This document shows positions 1 through 9,648 of a stretch of 64,000 bases of DNA, piece by piece (the stretch's first letter is position 1; every line of letters starts with the position of its first letter). The DNA lies in the IMG/VR virus record IMGVR_UViG_3300042401_001180; one strand, 5' to 3'. The notes beneath the pieces are model-generated. The model saw nothing but the letters and a program-made list of their open reading frames with translations, searched no databases and was not told the origin of the DNA. The stretch comes from a virus (Duplodnaviria; Heunggongvirae; Uroviricota; Caudoviricetes). The position numbers and the translations under genes were made by a program.

Positions 1-679
1 CCCAATTTTATTATTTTCCTGTGGTATTCCTATTAATAAACAATCTATACCTTCTAATGCCATACCAACAACATCTTCAGCAATATTTAACAAATCATTA
101 TTTTTAGAATCAACTAAAACTTTTATTGGGTTGGAAGATGAAAAAATAGTTTTTAGTTGTTCTTTATTTTCAGGTGTCCCATCATAAGTATTATAATATT
201 TTTTTAAACTGTCAGATATAGATTTAATAACAACAGATTCATTTTCATTATTTAAAGTTTTAAGTGATATTTTTTGTCCGTTTGCGGTTATATCAAATGG
301 TGAAGTTTTATCTGTTGATATGTCTCCATCCAAAAATCCAGCAATCATTCCTTCAAAATCAAATCCTCTACTTCTTGATGTGTAAAACCTTTTATAATAA
401 TTATCAAATCTAAATTTAGAACGGGTTGTTACGTTTCTTAAATCTAAAGTCATTAAAGATGGTATTGTCCTATTAAAATTTATAGTTTTTCTTGATATCT
501 CAGCCATCATAATATTAGTTATAGCTTCTTTTGCGCTAAACATATCAAGTGGAATTAATTTAATTTTTTGAAGTTCTCTTGATATTATTTTTTTCAAGTC
601 TTCTTTTGGCATTTCATTTAAAATGTCATTAAGTCTTTCCATTTTTTGTTCAGCAATTGTGTAATATATATTATCCATC
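1..679 (-). CDS. hypothetical protein, 5' part only (continues beyond window start)
   Basis: Manual minus-strand translation from ATG at 677-679 (MDNIYYTIAEQKMERLNDILNEMPKEDLKK...) stays open to position 1. Absent from the ORF track because no stop falls in the window. Confidence 0.55.
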
Positions 680-695
680 TTATATAAATATTTAA

Positions 696-1796
696 TTATA
701 TGTAATCAGGGAATAATTCATTAACATATTTTTTAGTTAGTGTCCAATCTGCATAATCTGAAACTCTAAAACTTAACCAAGAATATGTATCATCGTTCAT
801 TAAACTAGTTATAACACCAATAAGCGTACCCCAATAATCTAAGTGACTTTCATTATAAGAACCACCTTCATTTGCAACTAAAAAATCATAAATAATCTGA
901 TAAAAACTATCTATTTTAAGATATTCATTATATATTTGTCTTCCGCTTGCTGTTTGTTTTGTTTCTGATTCCCAAGAGTTAACATCAAAATAGGTTGATA
1001 GTTCACTCCACATATCGTTGGATATTTCATCAGTATATGCGGTATTATATGCATTATTATGAATTGAGTATAATTCACTTTTTAAATCACTTAATTCACC
1101 TTTTAACATTTCTTTCATTGCATCCTTATCACCAATTAACGTCATAACATTATTGGTTGTTATTTGAAAAGTGTCTTCGGTTCCTTGTTCTTCTGAAAAA
1201 TTACTAAACAATTCGTCATCATAATCATCAAGTGAAAAATCTTGCCCTCCAATATGTTTAATAATATATTCAGCTAGTATAGATTTATTCTTATCGTTCA
1301 AATCTTCAATCACATCCCTATAAACATCATCAGTTGTGTCCCAATAAGGTTCCCAATAATCTTCACCTAACATACTTTTTGCATAATCTTTTGACGATGA
1401 GTCTCTACCACCTGATTCAAATAAATCTGCCAGTTCTTCCCTATCTTTAACATAAAGGTAATATCCTCCATTCATTGGGTAAACGTCATTGACAAGGCTG
1501 TTACAAATAATTTTTAAAGTTTTGTCAGTATCTTTTTCTAATTGATATAATAATAAGGTGTTTTTAATGTCGTCAGCAACACTTTCATAATCTAAATTAC
1601 CGATTAAACCAATTTCATCTATATATGGAAGGCACGGTTCTAGTTCATCGTATGGTATTTCATTTAAATTTAAATCCGTAATAAACCCATTACGATTTGC
1701 GTATTTTAAAAACGTTAAAACATCATTAAAATATGGTAATATATTATCCTCAATATCCCCATTATTAAAACTATCAACTAATTCTTCTTTATTCAT
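696..1796 (-). CDS. hypothetical protein (366 aa, acidic)
   Basis: Long minus-strand ORF in a co-directional gene array. No recognisable motif. Confidence 0.6.
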   Translation of the reverse strand: MNKEELVDSFNNGDIEDNILPYFNDVLTFLKYANRNGFITDLNLNEIPYDELEPCLPYIDEIGLIGNLDYESVADDIKNTLLLYQLEKDTDKTLKIICNSLVNDVYPMNGGYYLYVKDREELADLFESGGRDSSSKDYAKSMLGEDYWEPYWDTTDDVYRDVIEDLNDKNKSILAEYIIKHIGGQDFSLDDYDDELFSNFSEEQGTEDTFQITTNNVMTLIGDKDAMKEMLKGELSDLKSELYSIHNNAYNTAYTDEISNDMWSELSTYFDVNSWESETKQTASGRQIYNEYLKIDSFYQIIYDFLVANEGGSYNESHLDYWGTLIGVITSLMNDDTYSWLSFRVSDYADWTLTKKYVNELFPDYI

Positions 1797-1798
1797 AC

Positions 1799-2674
1799 TT
1801 AAAACTGTATTGGTGGTTCTTCAAATTGAACGTTATCATTATCTAAAATGGTGTATTTGTCTTTAGTATTTTTAAATATATATACGTCATCTTTCTCTGA
1901 AGAAGCAAATACAAAATAATCAACTGGTTTATTTTCAAGTCCTTTTATGTTATAACTTTTAATTTTATAAAATTTTCCAACTCTTTTAAAGTCACTCAAT
2001 GGTTTTACTTGGAATTTCGCTTCTCTTCCTGTTTTTTCATTAACCATAATAAAATCAACACCTTCTCTATCTGTTTTTGATCCAGGAACTGATCTACCTT
2101 TTAATTTCCACCCTTTAAGTGTAACTAATATATTTGTTAAATACTCGTATGCCTTTCTTTCATTTAGTTCTCCTTGATATAGAGAATCCACATTTTTTTG
2201 AATTAGAGTATTTAAAATTTCTCCGTCTTTGAATATTTTATTTCTATTTTTTGACATCCACTTAATGAAGTCTTCCATAACTTCAGTGTTGTCTATTATG
2301 TTTCCACTTTCTTTTTCATAAAGTCCTACAATGGTTTTTCTAACCTGTGGATTGGTATCAAAATAATTAAGTATTGACCAATCACCTCCTTCGGGATCAT
2401 AATCAGTTAATCCTTTTTTCTGTAGTAAATCATAAACTGTGTGTACGTTTACAACACCTCCACCACCGCCAGGTCCTCTACTTCTATCACTATCCCAATT
2501 TGATTTATATAAGTCTTTTAAAATGAAATACACTTTTTCTTTGAACCTTGATGTGAACTCGTTAGAATTTAAACTGATTGGTGTTTTATCTCCTGTGAAT
2601 AAAGAAAGTTGTTCGTCATTTTCAACCAACATCAATTCTTTAATTCTATTTATATTTTCGTTTAAGTTTTCCAT
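1799..2674 (-). CDS. hypothetical protein (291 aa; Gly-rich GPGGGGG segment)
   Basis: Long ORF tightly packed with its neighbours. Confidence 0.6.
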   Translation of the reverse strand: MENLNENINRIKELMLVENDEQLSLFTGDKTPISLNSNEFTSRFKEKVYFILKDLYKSNWDSDRSRGPGGGGGVVNVHTVYDLLQKKGLTDYDPEGGDWSILNYFDTNPQVRKTIVGLYEKESGNIIDNTEVMEDFIKWMSKNRNKIFKDGEILNTLIQKNVDSLYQGELNERKAYEYLTNILVTLKGWKLKGRSVPGSKTDREGVDFIMVNEKTGREAKFQVKPLSDFKRVGKFYKIKSYNIKGLENKPVDYFVFASSEKDDVYIFKNTKDKYTILDNDNVQFEEPPIQF

Positions 2675-3471
2675 TATACCAATTTAAATCCCCCTATTTC
2701 TTCCGTTTCTAAAGTTTCAAAATTTTCGGTGTGATATAATGTCACTGTTTTATTTTCAAAATCAAATGTTATTCTACCATCCCCACCTTCATTATTTTCC
2801 CAACCACTATAATAAATGGCAATTACCTCATAACCGATATATTCAATATCATTATTTATTTTCACACTTCCTTGATTAGTATCTCCGTAGTCATTAATTT
2901 GTCCACTATCACCTCCACCCTCATATGATATCTCTAAAGTATTTCCATAATCTTTTTTCATTTTTTCAATGAAGTTAGAATCGCCCAATTTTTTAAGTTC
3001 ATCATATTTTTCTCCCCATTGTCCCTGTGGTTGGTTTTTTAACCTTTCAAAAGTGAAGTCGTGTTCGTGGGTATTATAACCTCTAGTTCCAATATCTATA
3101 TTAACACTGAATGTACTGTTAAATGGGTTATACGTTACATTAACGTCCCCATATCCTGTGCAGTCATCACAATAAAGATAGTTTACAAATTCATTAGAAT
3201 TTTGTTCAAAAAAAACATCAATTAAGTTATATAGTAGGTTATATCCTTTACTATTAGGTTCTAATTCGTCCCTTCTATCATATCTATTAGAACCTACAGG
3301 TTGAAACCCCGAAAAGTCATATACTCCCTCGTCTTCAGATATGTTGGCATAACCATAAATCCCTTCTTCACCAACAACCGCCATTAAATAGAGGTTATAT
3401 TTATTTAGTATTTGTCTATCTTTATCAGACAATTTAATATTTTCCATATTAATAAATATATCAATCTTCAA
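2674..3471 (-). CDS. hypothetical protein (265 aa)
   Basis: Long ORF with a 1-nt stop/start junction to the upstream gene. Confidence 0.6.
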   Translation of the reverse strand: MKIDIFINMENIKLSDKDRQILNKYNLYLMAVVGEEGIYGYANISEDEGVYDFSGFQPVGSNRYDRRDELEPNSKGYNLLYNLIDVFFEQNSNEFVNYLYCDDCTGYGDVNVTYNPFNSTFSVNIDIGTRGYNTHEHDFTFERLKNQPQGQWGEKYDELKKLGDSNFIEKMKKDYGNTLEISYEGGGDSGQINDYGDTNQGSVKINNDIEYIGYEVIAIYYSGWENNEGGDGRITFDFENKTVTLYHTENFETLETEEIGGFKLV

Positions 3472-3814
3472 ACTCTAACTTCTGAGTTCTTGTCGCCCAT
3501 AAGGGTCTTTGTTTATTTTCCACAATTTGGAACCATTCTCTTGCTGTTGGTATGTACCCATCACAGTCTTCTTTCACATGTTGTTCTCCGACATAACGAG
3601 TATAAACCGTTTTACCGTCACTATTTTTAAACTCAGGACCAAACCTTTGTTCCATCTCAAAAATCCCTTCTGAGTGGTGTCTCCACATCCTGTGAAAGGA
3701 ATGTCCGTACCAACTCTTGGTTTCGTCTAACCAATTATGTAAATGGATATAATCTTCCCATTTTCCTCCGAATTTTTTTGCTGAACTTTTTGCATGAAGG
3801 ATTGGATGTGCCAT
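3461..3814 (-). CDS. hypothetical protein (117 aa, His/Trp-rich)
   Basis: ORF overlaps the next gene by 11 nt. HNWLDETKSWYGHSFHRMWRHH segment. Confidence 0.5.
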   Translation of the reverse strand: MAHPILHAKSSAKKFGGKWEDYIHLHNWLDETKSWYGHSFHRMWRHHSEGIFEMEQRFGPEFKNSDGKTVYTRYVGEQHVKEDCDGYIPTAREWFQIVENKQRPLWATRTQKLEFED

Positions 3815-3841
3815 AATTTTTTGATTTAATAATAAGATTTT

Positions 3842-4237
3842 TTATTCAGAAGGTAAATTATCATACTCATCATAACCAAAAAAAGTAAGATGCATAGAAA
3901 TTGGGAAGTCGTTCATCATTTCTTCACTTAACATTGAATCTAAATGTTCTATATACCAAGTATCTTCACTATATTCTTCATCAACCCAGTCGTAATAATA
4001 ATCTTCTTTATCTTTTTTTATGTCAGTAATAATAATATTAATTGACGCAATCACCCCGTCTCCTTCACCTAAAACTTCACCAACTTCAATATAGTATCTG
4101 AAATCATAGTCTATATACGCTAACTGCTCATCATCACCACTCCATACATATTCTTCGTCTTCAAATGAACTTTCAAACTCTTGGTTTTCGTAAAGTTTTT
4201 TAAGGGTGTTTTTTATTTTTAAATTTTCTTTAAACAT
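3842..4237 (-). CDS. hypothetical acidic protein (131 aa)
   Basis: ORF in the array. Confidence 0.5.
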   Translation of the reverse strand: MFKENLKIKNTLKKLYENQEFESSFEDEEYVWSGDDEQLAYIDYDFRYYIEVGEVLGEGDGVIASINIIITDIKKDKEDYYYDWVDEEYSEDTWYIEHLDSMLSEEMMNDFPISMHLTFFGYDEYDNLPSE

Positions 4238-4239
4238 TG

Positions 4240-4596
4240 TTATCTTTTTGGCATTATAAAATTTAAAAACTTTCTAATAGTTTTAATTATTTTTTGTCTA
4301 TTGGTGTCTAAACTATATTGGTTATACGAACCTAAATCGGTAATTTCGTTTTCTTCTAACATATTAATAATTTTTCTTTCCATATCTTTTCTATTGCTAA
4401 AAGAATTGAATCCGTATCCAGGTAAATCAATGAATGACACTTCAATTACTTTTAGTGGGTATTCATCGTCACCTATCTGTCTTTCTTTTTTTTCTGCTCT
4501 TCTTAAAAGAAAAGTCATTAACTTTCTATCAATATCATCATAACTGTTTGATATCTCATTTTTTTCTTCTTCTGTAATTAAAATTTTAGTTGACAT
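4240..4596 (-). CDS. hypothetical protein (118 aa)
   Basis: ORF in the array. Confidence 0.5.
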   Translation of the reverse strand: MSTKILITEEEKNEISNSYDDIDRKLMTFLLRRAEKKERQIGDDEYPLKVIEVSFIDLPGYGFNSFSNRKDMERKIINMLEENEITDLGSYNQYSLDTNRQKIIKTIRKFLNFIMPKR

Positions 4597-4608
4597 ATTA
4601 ATAAATAT

Positions 4609-4965
4609 CTAATCATTCAATAATGGAAACTCATCTATCACATCTTTAAACTCTAAATTTACTGGAATATTTTCAACAAGTAATAAATTAAAAAATTCTT
4701 TTGTTTTTTTTTCAGTTATTAACTCAAAAAATAACTTACTTAACTCAGATTGGAATTCTTTGTGGTGATATTGTATTCCTGTAACTTCTTCTATTTTACC
4801 CCAACATAAGGTAATTTTAATTCTACCGACTCTACCAATATCTATGTAGTTTCTGTTACTATAAGTTTCAAACTCATCATGTAATATGATTTGTTTTTGT
4901 TTTGGATCATATGATATCTCATAATATTCCTTCACGTATTTTTTTATAGTATTCCTAATTGACAT
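4609..4965 (-). CDS. hypothetical protein (118 aa)
   Basis: ORF in the array. Confidence 0.5.
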   Translation of the reverse strand: MSIRNTIKKYVKEYYEISYDPKQKQIILHDEFETYSNRNYIDIGRVGRIKITLCWGKIEEVTGIQYHHKEFQSELSKLFFELITEKKTKEFFNLLLVENIPVNLEFKDVIDEFPLLND

Positions 4966-5024
4966 AACAACTTATAAATTTAATTAATATTTATATATAA
5001 ATAAACAAATAAAAATTTTAAATT

Positions 5025-5621
5025 ATGTCTTACACAAAAGAACAAGTGGAAGCAGCTGTAAAATCAAAAGGGTATGTTTGGTTTGAGGACGCAAACAATA
5101 AAGGTTATGATGTTAATATCATAGGTATTAGAAATTCAAGTACAGGACAAAAAGTCACTAACGTGTTTGATGATTACATAACACTATCTTATAAAGTGGA
5201 TGGTGAATGGAAGTTTCACATTTGGCCAGCAACAACCGACCCAGGTAAAAAAGGTGTTATGCAATATCATAACGCTGCGGGGGTTGCAAGATTAGTTGAA
5301 GGTCAGTACCGTGGCTCACATACTATTAGACTTCATCAAGGTAAATACGAAGCACTTGGACAGAACAAACCTGTTAAAGTTTATCGTGACTCTAATCGTG
5401 ATTTGGTTTATGATGAATCAAAAATTGCTGAGGGAGTATTTGGTATTAACATCCATAAAGCGGGTGCTGACTCAACATACGTAGAAAACTGGAGTGAAGG
5501 TTGTACTGTATTTAAAAAGTCCGCAGATTTTGAGGAGTTTATGAAAATCTGTAGAAAGGCTAAGGATTTACACGGCAACTCATTTACGTATACTTTAATT
5601 AAATCATCAGATATTAAATAA
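5025..5621 (+). CDS. putative peptidoglycan peptidase, M15 (VanY/L-Ala-D-Glu endopeptidase)-like
   Basis: IIGIRNSSTGQ, IHKAGAD (HxxGxD) and C-terminal DLH motifs resemble the zinc-ligand layout of M15C endolysins such as the T5 endolysin. Followed by a strong terminator. Confidence 0.4.
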   Translation: MSYTKEQVEAAVKSKGYVWFEDANNKGYDVNIIGIRNSSTGQKVTNVFDDYITLSYKVDGEWKFHIWPATTDPGKKGVMQYHNAAGVARLVEGQYRGSHTIRLHQGKYEALGQNKPVKVYRDSNRDLVYDESKIAEGVFGINIHKAGADSTYVENWSEGCTVFKKSADFEEFMKICRKAKDLHGNSFTYTLIKSSDIK

Positions 5622-5652
5622 TAAAAAAGGAGGGTTACCCCCTCCTTTTTTA
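5621..5652. terminator. bidirectional rho-independent terminator
   Basis: aaaaaaGGAGGGttaCCCCCTCCtttttt: perfect GC stem with A-run and T-run on both sides. Confidence 0.65.
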
Positions 5653-5955
5653 TTCAATAATTTTTATTTCACCTTCTTCATATTCAACATTGATTGAGGT
5701 TTCACTCATAACCAATTTTTGTTTCAAGTCCTCCTCAATTGTAAATTCATTTGGTCCCATTACCACTTTATGTCTTTTAGTCATTTTAGTGAATGGGGTT
5801 TGAAATAAACTTATTTGTTCGTCATTAAGACATTCAACCATACTTGGGAACATACCGTTTACGGTTATAATTGCTTTATCCCCTATTTTTACATTTTCGT
5901 CTATTGTTAGATATGGTTCGTCTTTTACTACGAATAGCTTAAATATTTGTCCCAT
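5650..5955 (-). CDS. hypothetical protein (101 aa)
   Basis: ORF. Confidence 0.45.
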   Translation of the reverse strand: MGQIFKLFVVKDEPYLTIDENVKIGDKAIITVNGMFPSMVECLNDEQISLFQTPFTKMTKRHKVVMGPNEFTIEEDLKQKLVMSETSINVEYEEGEIKIIE

Positions 5956-6337
5956 TTTTAAATTTTAATAATGTTTTTATTTCATCTGAATGGTTTTGAA
6001 CCTCAACTATTGGTGCCCAATTACCTTTATAAGTAATACCCCTTACCGGTTTATTATCAATCCAAACGTATTCTTCATCTTCAGAACATCTTGGTTTATC
6101 AGTTATAAGATCGTGGAATTTAAATCCGTGTTTCCACAACCAAGCAAGAGTCACACTCTTATCTTTATATTCTCTTGCAGTAAAAAAAACTATTTTATTT
6201 CCTTTATCATAAAGGGTGTTGATTTGTTCTTTAGATCCTTCGTAAGGTGTTGCGTCTTTATATAAGTGACTATCTTCATTTTTTATATCATCACATACCG
6301 TTCCGTCAATATCAATTAAATAAACTCTTTTTTTCAT
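5939..6337 (-). CDS. HAD-superfamily hydrolase-like protein
   Basis: N-terminal LIDIDGTV (DxDxT motif I), FFTAR motif II-like. Confidence 0.5.
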   Translation of the reverse strand: MKKRVYLIDIDGTVCDDIKNEDSHLYKDATPYEGSKEQINTLYDKGNKIVFFTAREYKDKSVTLAWLWKHGFKFHDLITDKPRCSEDEEYVWIDNKPVRGITYKGNWAPIVEVQNHSDEIKTLLKFKNGTNI

Positions 6338-6648
6338 ATACCTAATTTATTTTTATAGTTCATATCCAAAATGTAAGTCTTTAAGTTTTTAACTAAAGAT
6401 TCTGCATCACTTTTTTCATACATATTAGGATATCTGTCAGCCAATTGATTTGTATCTTCCATATCACGACAACTAGTTAATATATCCTGTAACATAGATT
6501 TTAACATATGTTCTTTATCGTAGTTATCTTCAACTTTTTTTTCTAATACTTGTCCTTCAAGTTCTTGAGTATAATCAATTAACTCTTCAATAGGACTTAA
6601 ATCCATTAAATGTTCATTACCTTTGAATATTTGTCTTATATTTTTCAT
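6334..6648 (-). CDS. hypothetical protein (104 aa)
   Basis: ORF with ATGA overlap to the downstream gene. Confidence 0.45.
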   Translation of the reverse strand: MKNIRQIFKGNEHLMDLSPIEELIDYTQELEGQVLEKKVEDNYDKEHMLKSMLQDILTSCRDMEDTNQLADRYPNMYEKSDAESLVKNLKTYILDMNYKNKLGI

Positions 6649-7223
6649 TGTAAGTAATTTAATATTTTTTCTTTAACTCCTGATTGTTTAATACCCTCAT
6701 TTGATTTTGGTGTCAATACAAAATTATCTATTGCCCATTCATCCTTCCACGGCTCACCAATCTTACCCATATTTAAATCATCTATAGAAACCCAATGAGT
6801 TATTTCAGGGTGATCGTGAAGATATTGTTTTATTTCAATGGTTCGTATTTGTTCCAACTCCCATCGTGGTGACCATATAAAATTACTATCATAATCTTTA
6901 CAGTTTTGTATGTTTGGTGTTAAAGCTATTGGTTTTTTAGATATTCCTTGTGATTCGTAGTAATCTCCAAGTTCTTCAAGTGTTGCATGTAATTTCCAAT
7001 CAGAGCTTACAACAATCTCAGCGCCTGTTTCTTCTAATATTTCATTAAGGACTTTAATCGCCTTTGTATCAAAATCATCAAATCGGACAAATACAGGTGC
7101 ATCTTTTTTTTCATTACTTGAATCGGGATTCGCACTACGGTACTTTGCCCATTTCTTTGTTCGTCCCCCCCAATTGTTGGAAAGAGCAATAACTCCGTCA
7201 TGGTCTAAAAATATGGCTTTCAT
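6645..7223 (-). CDS. putative HAD-like phosphatase
   Basis: FLDHDGVI (DxDxV motif I) and VVSSDWK. Weak assignment. Confidence 0.4.
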   Translation of the reverse strand: MKAIFLDHDGVIALSNNWGGRTKKWAKYRSANPDSSNEKKDAPVFVRFDDFDTKAIKVLNEILEETGAEIVVSSDWKLHATLEELGDYYESQGISKKPIALTPNIQNCKDYDSNFIWSPRWELEQIRTIEIKQYLHDHPEITHWVSIDDLNMGKIGEPWKDEWAIDNFVLTPKSNEGIKQSGVKEKILNYLQ

Positions 7224-7245
7224 AGTACAAATATAATAAAACTAT
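7224..7245 (-). promoter_or_regulatory. Bacteroidetes-type -7 box (TAnnTTTG) just upstream of the start codon
   Basis: Minus strand reads TATATTTGTAC immediately 5' of the ATG at 7223. Confidence 0.4.
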
Positions 7246-7255
7246 TTTAAATAAA

Positions 7256-7295
7256 CAACCCCCTATTCAATTAAGAATGGGGGGTTTATAATTTG
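7256..7295 (-). terminator. rho-independent terminator (minus strand)
   Basis: Minus strand: AACCCCCCattcttaattgaatAGGGGGTT followed by gtttattt. Confidence 0.5.
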
Positions 7296-7455
7296 ATTCA
7301 AGAATTGAAAATGGTCAAGTTTAGAGTTTTAAGATTTAAAAAAATGACTTTTGACAATATGAATTTTGAATTTGGGACTATTACAGTATTAGTATCATTT
7401 ATCATCCATTTGGATCTTCAAGAAGTAAAACCAATAATTCCAACCTTTCCTCAAA

Positions 7456-7926
7456 TTATACTATTTCTGTGTTTGAATTAAAGATATCAAGTCTATCTTG
7501 GATTTCTTCAATTTTATTTTCTAATTCTTTTATTTTGTTGTTTCTTTCAACAATATTCATTTCAACAGATAAAATAATTTCAGATGAAGAATACCTATCT
7601 CTGTTTGATTTTCCTGACGTACAGTCCATTTTTTTAAGTCCTTGAGCGATTGACTTCATTTCCGCCATTAAGAAGATGTCCTCTAATACTGGACCATTTG
7701 CTCTATGAATTTTTGCCTTTAATTCTGATAAATTTTTAGATGTCTCAAGAACATTTAAAAATAATTCATTGATGTTATAATGTCTTTCATTACCTTCTTC
7801 AATCGAGTTGTATTGTTGCATCAACTTCGTATTTTCGCTAATCTCTTTGATTAACTTGTTTTTTTGTTTTAGTGCTTGTTTTATATTCATAATGTTAAGT
7901 ATATGTATTATTTTTTGATGTATCAA
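7456..7926 (-). CDS. hypothetical coiled-coil protein (156 aa)
   Basis: ORF with heptad-like K/E/L-rich sequence. Confidence 0.5.
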   Translation of the reverse strand: MIHQKIIHILNIMNIKQALKQKNKLIKEISENTKLMQQYNSIEEGNERHYNINELFLNVLETSKNLSELKAKIHRANGPVLEDIFLMAEMKSIAQGLKKMDCTSGKSNRDRYSSSEIILSVEMNIVERNNKIKELENKIEEIQDRLDIFNSNTEIV

Positions 7927-7934
7927 CTATTATT

Positions 7935-8177
7935 TTAAAAATTTTCATAATCTGTTAGATCAAGCGCAATATTAGCTAAAGAACTAAAAACACTAACCCC
8001 CATACCAATACCGCTCCCACCTGTGAAAACATATTCATAGTCACCATATTCACCATAAATTGCCTTTATGTGTCCTTGCCACTCTTCAAGTTGTTCAACT
8101 TGTTCTTTACTAATAGTAAATGTTTTTTCTTTTATTTCTTTTTTACTCATTTTATTGGTTTTTAATTTTATCCTCAA
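7935..8177 (-). CDS. hypothetical protein (80 aa)
   Basis: ORF. Confidence 0.4.
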   Translation of the reverse strand: MRIKLKTNKMSKKEIKEKTFTISKEQVEQLEEWQGHIKAIYGEYGDYEYVFTGGSGIGMGVSVFSSLANIALDLTDYENF

Positions 8178-8179
8178 TT

Positions 8180-8743
8180 TTAATATTTTACAACTTTAAC
8201 ACACCAGGGATTAAAAAAATTGTCTGTATCACATTTTTTAATTTCGTGATAAAAAGCATCGTAATATATATCACCATTTTTTATTTTAGAAAATAATGAG
8301 GGAGAATACATCTCACCATCAACTTCAACAACATCATTCAAAACCGAATGGTTTTCACATAATGTATAGTACCAACCTTTTTTATTTACAGTTTCTCCAG
8401 GTTCACCACAGATTTCACAAATAGTCCTACTTTCGTTATCCACCTCAATTATAATGTTTGTTGCCCCTTCAGGTAACCCATTAGTGTAAAAACAAAGTCC
8501 ACCAAATTTTTCTTTCACTTGTGTTATTTGTTTATCCCAACCAAGTTTAATTAAATCCTCAATTAATCTTTGGATTATTCCTAACCAACCGTTCCCGACA
8601 GAAAAGTACCCTCTACTTAGGATTGGTTTATCACCAATTCTATATCCATTTTCTAAACCACCTATAGATGTTAGAAAATCTTCAAACTCGGCATCTGTTT
8701 TATAATTCTGATTCATTTTGTTTTTTTCTTTCCGTTTTAACAA
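8180..8743 (-). CDS. hypothetical protein (187 aa; CxxC...C..H)
   Basis: ORF with CEICGEPG...CENH possible zinc site. Confidence 0.5.
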   Translation of the reverse strand: MLKRKEKNKMNQNYKTDAEFEDFLTSIGGLENGYRIGDKPILSRGYFSVGNGWLGIIQRLIEDLIKLGWDKQITQVKEKFGGLCFYTNGLPEGATNIIIEVDNESRTICEICGEPGETVNKKGWYYTLCENHSVLNDVVEVDGEMYSPSLFSKIKNGDIYYDAFYHEIKKCDTDNFFNPWCVKVVKY

Positions 8744-9131
8744 TAGTCAATGCATTTGTTAATGTCCAATAAGCATCCCAAAATCCACCTCTATCATCTA
8801 AGAAAATATTCGCATATATCTTACCATTTTTACCATATGTATGGTTCCACTCAGGATGCATTTCGTTTACTCCGTGAACAACAATACCTAACTCTTCTAC
8901 CTGTTGTTTTGCCTTTTCTAACTGAGGTTTGTTTCTTGCAGTATTAATCAAAAAGTAAATCCCCTCTTCTTGACATTCCAAAATCAAATCAACCATTTTT
9001 TTACAGTTGTCTTTTATTTCTTCATTGTAGGGTATTATCGTATCATCAAGATCACAACCAATTATAATCTTACCATTCTTTAACCATTCGGTTACCAACC
9101 TATTTACGTAAAAATTTGCGTGATGTCTCAT
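8700..9131 (-). CDS. HAD-superfamily hydrolase-like protein
   Basis: IIIGCDLDDTII (DxDxT), INTAR, IFLDDR motifs. Confidence 0.5.
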   Translation of the reverse strand: MRHHANFYVNRLVTEWLKNGKIIIGCDLDDTIIPYNEEIKDNCKKMVDLILECQEEGIYFLINTARNKPQLEKAKQQVEELGIVVHGVNEMHPEWNHTYGKNGKIYANIFLDDRGGFWDAYWTLTNALTIVKTERKKQNESEL

Positions 9132-9277
9132 TTAATCCTCTTCAATTAACGATATAATTCTTAATTGTGCAAGTAACGCACAACCCCAACCCATAACGGC
9201 AACCCAGTTTTCTGAGTAAATACTCATCCCTGTATTAAGGACGTAAAGTAACGCCAAAACTATTTCAAATTTTCTAC
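9131..9277 (-). CDS. small hydrophobic protein (48 aa), not in ORF track
   Basis: Manual translation MSRKFEIVLALLYVLNTGMSIYSENWVAVMGWGCALLAQLRIISLIEED. ATGA overlap with the upstream gene. Confidence 0.3.
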
Positions 9278-9459
9278 TCATAACATTTTTCTTCTTTTAT
9301 TATTTTTATTTCACCCATTGTTCTTGAGTAACCGTCTTCTAAATCATAACCCGATTTTCCACATTCACAAACTTGCATATCCCATCTTTTATTAGATTGT
9401 GATTCATGTTGTTTGTTACAACTTAAACATTCCCAAGTAACCTTTTTATATTTTCCCAT
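9274..9459 (-). CDS. small zinc-ribbon protein (61 aa)
   Basis: CxxC...CxC cysteine pairs. Confidence 0.45.
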   Translation of the reverse strand: MGKYKKVTWECLSCNKQHESQSNKRWDMQVCECGKSGYDLEDGYSRTMGEIKIIKEEKCYE

Positions 9460-9469
9460 CTTAATTAAT

Positions 9470-9628
9470 TAAAATAACCACCCGTCATTAATAATGTAAA
9501 ATAAATTCCAAAACTAATAAGTGTAACCCAAAAACTATAATTTCCTGTTCTTTCTTTTCCGTGATAGTATAACCCAAATAGTAAATTAAGGATTAATAAC
9601 ACTAACATAATAATTTGACTTGTTCCCA
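9470..9628 (-). CDS. small membrane protein (52 aa), not in ORF track
   Basis: Manual translation MGTSQIIMLVLLILNLLFGLYYHGKERTGNYSFWVTLISFGIYFTLLMTGGYFN. Two hydrophobic helices. Confidence 0.3.
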
Positions 9629-9648
9629 TAATTTTGTTTTTTTTTAAT

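Noticed and set aside
7293-7481. 62-aa plus-strand ORF in the intergenic gap between two minus-strand genes.
   Set aside because: It overlaps a minus-strand terminator hairpin and the -7 box/start region of the downstream gene, has no start context, and its composition is typical of an AT-rich random frame.
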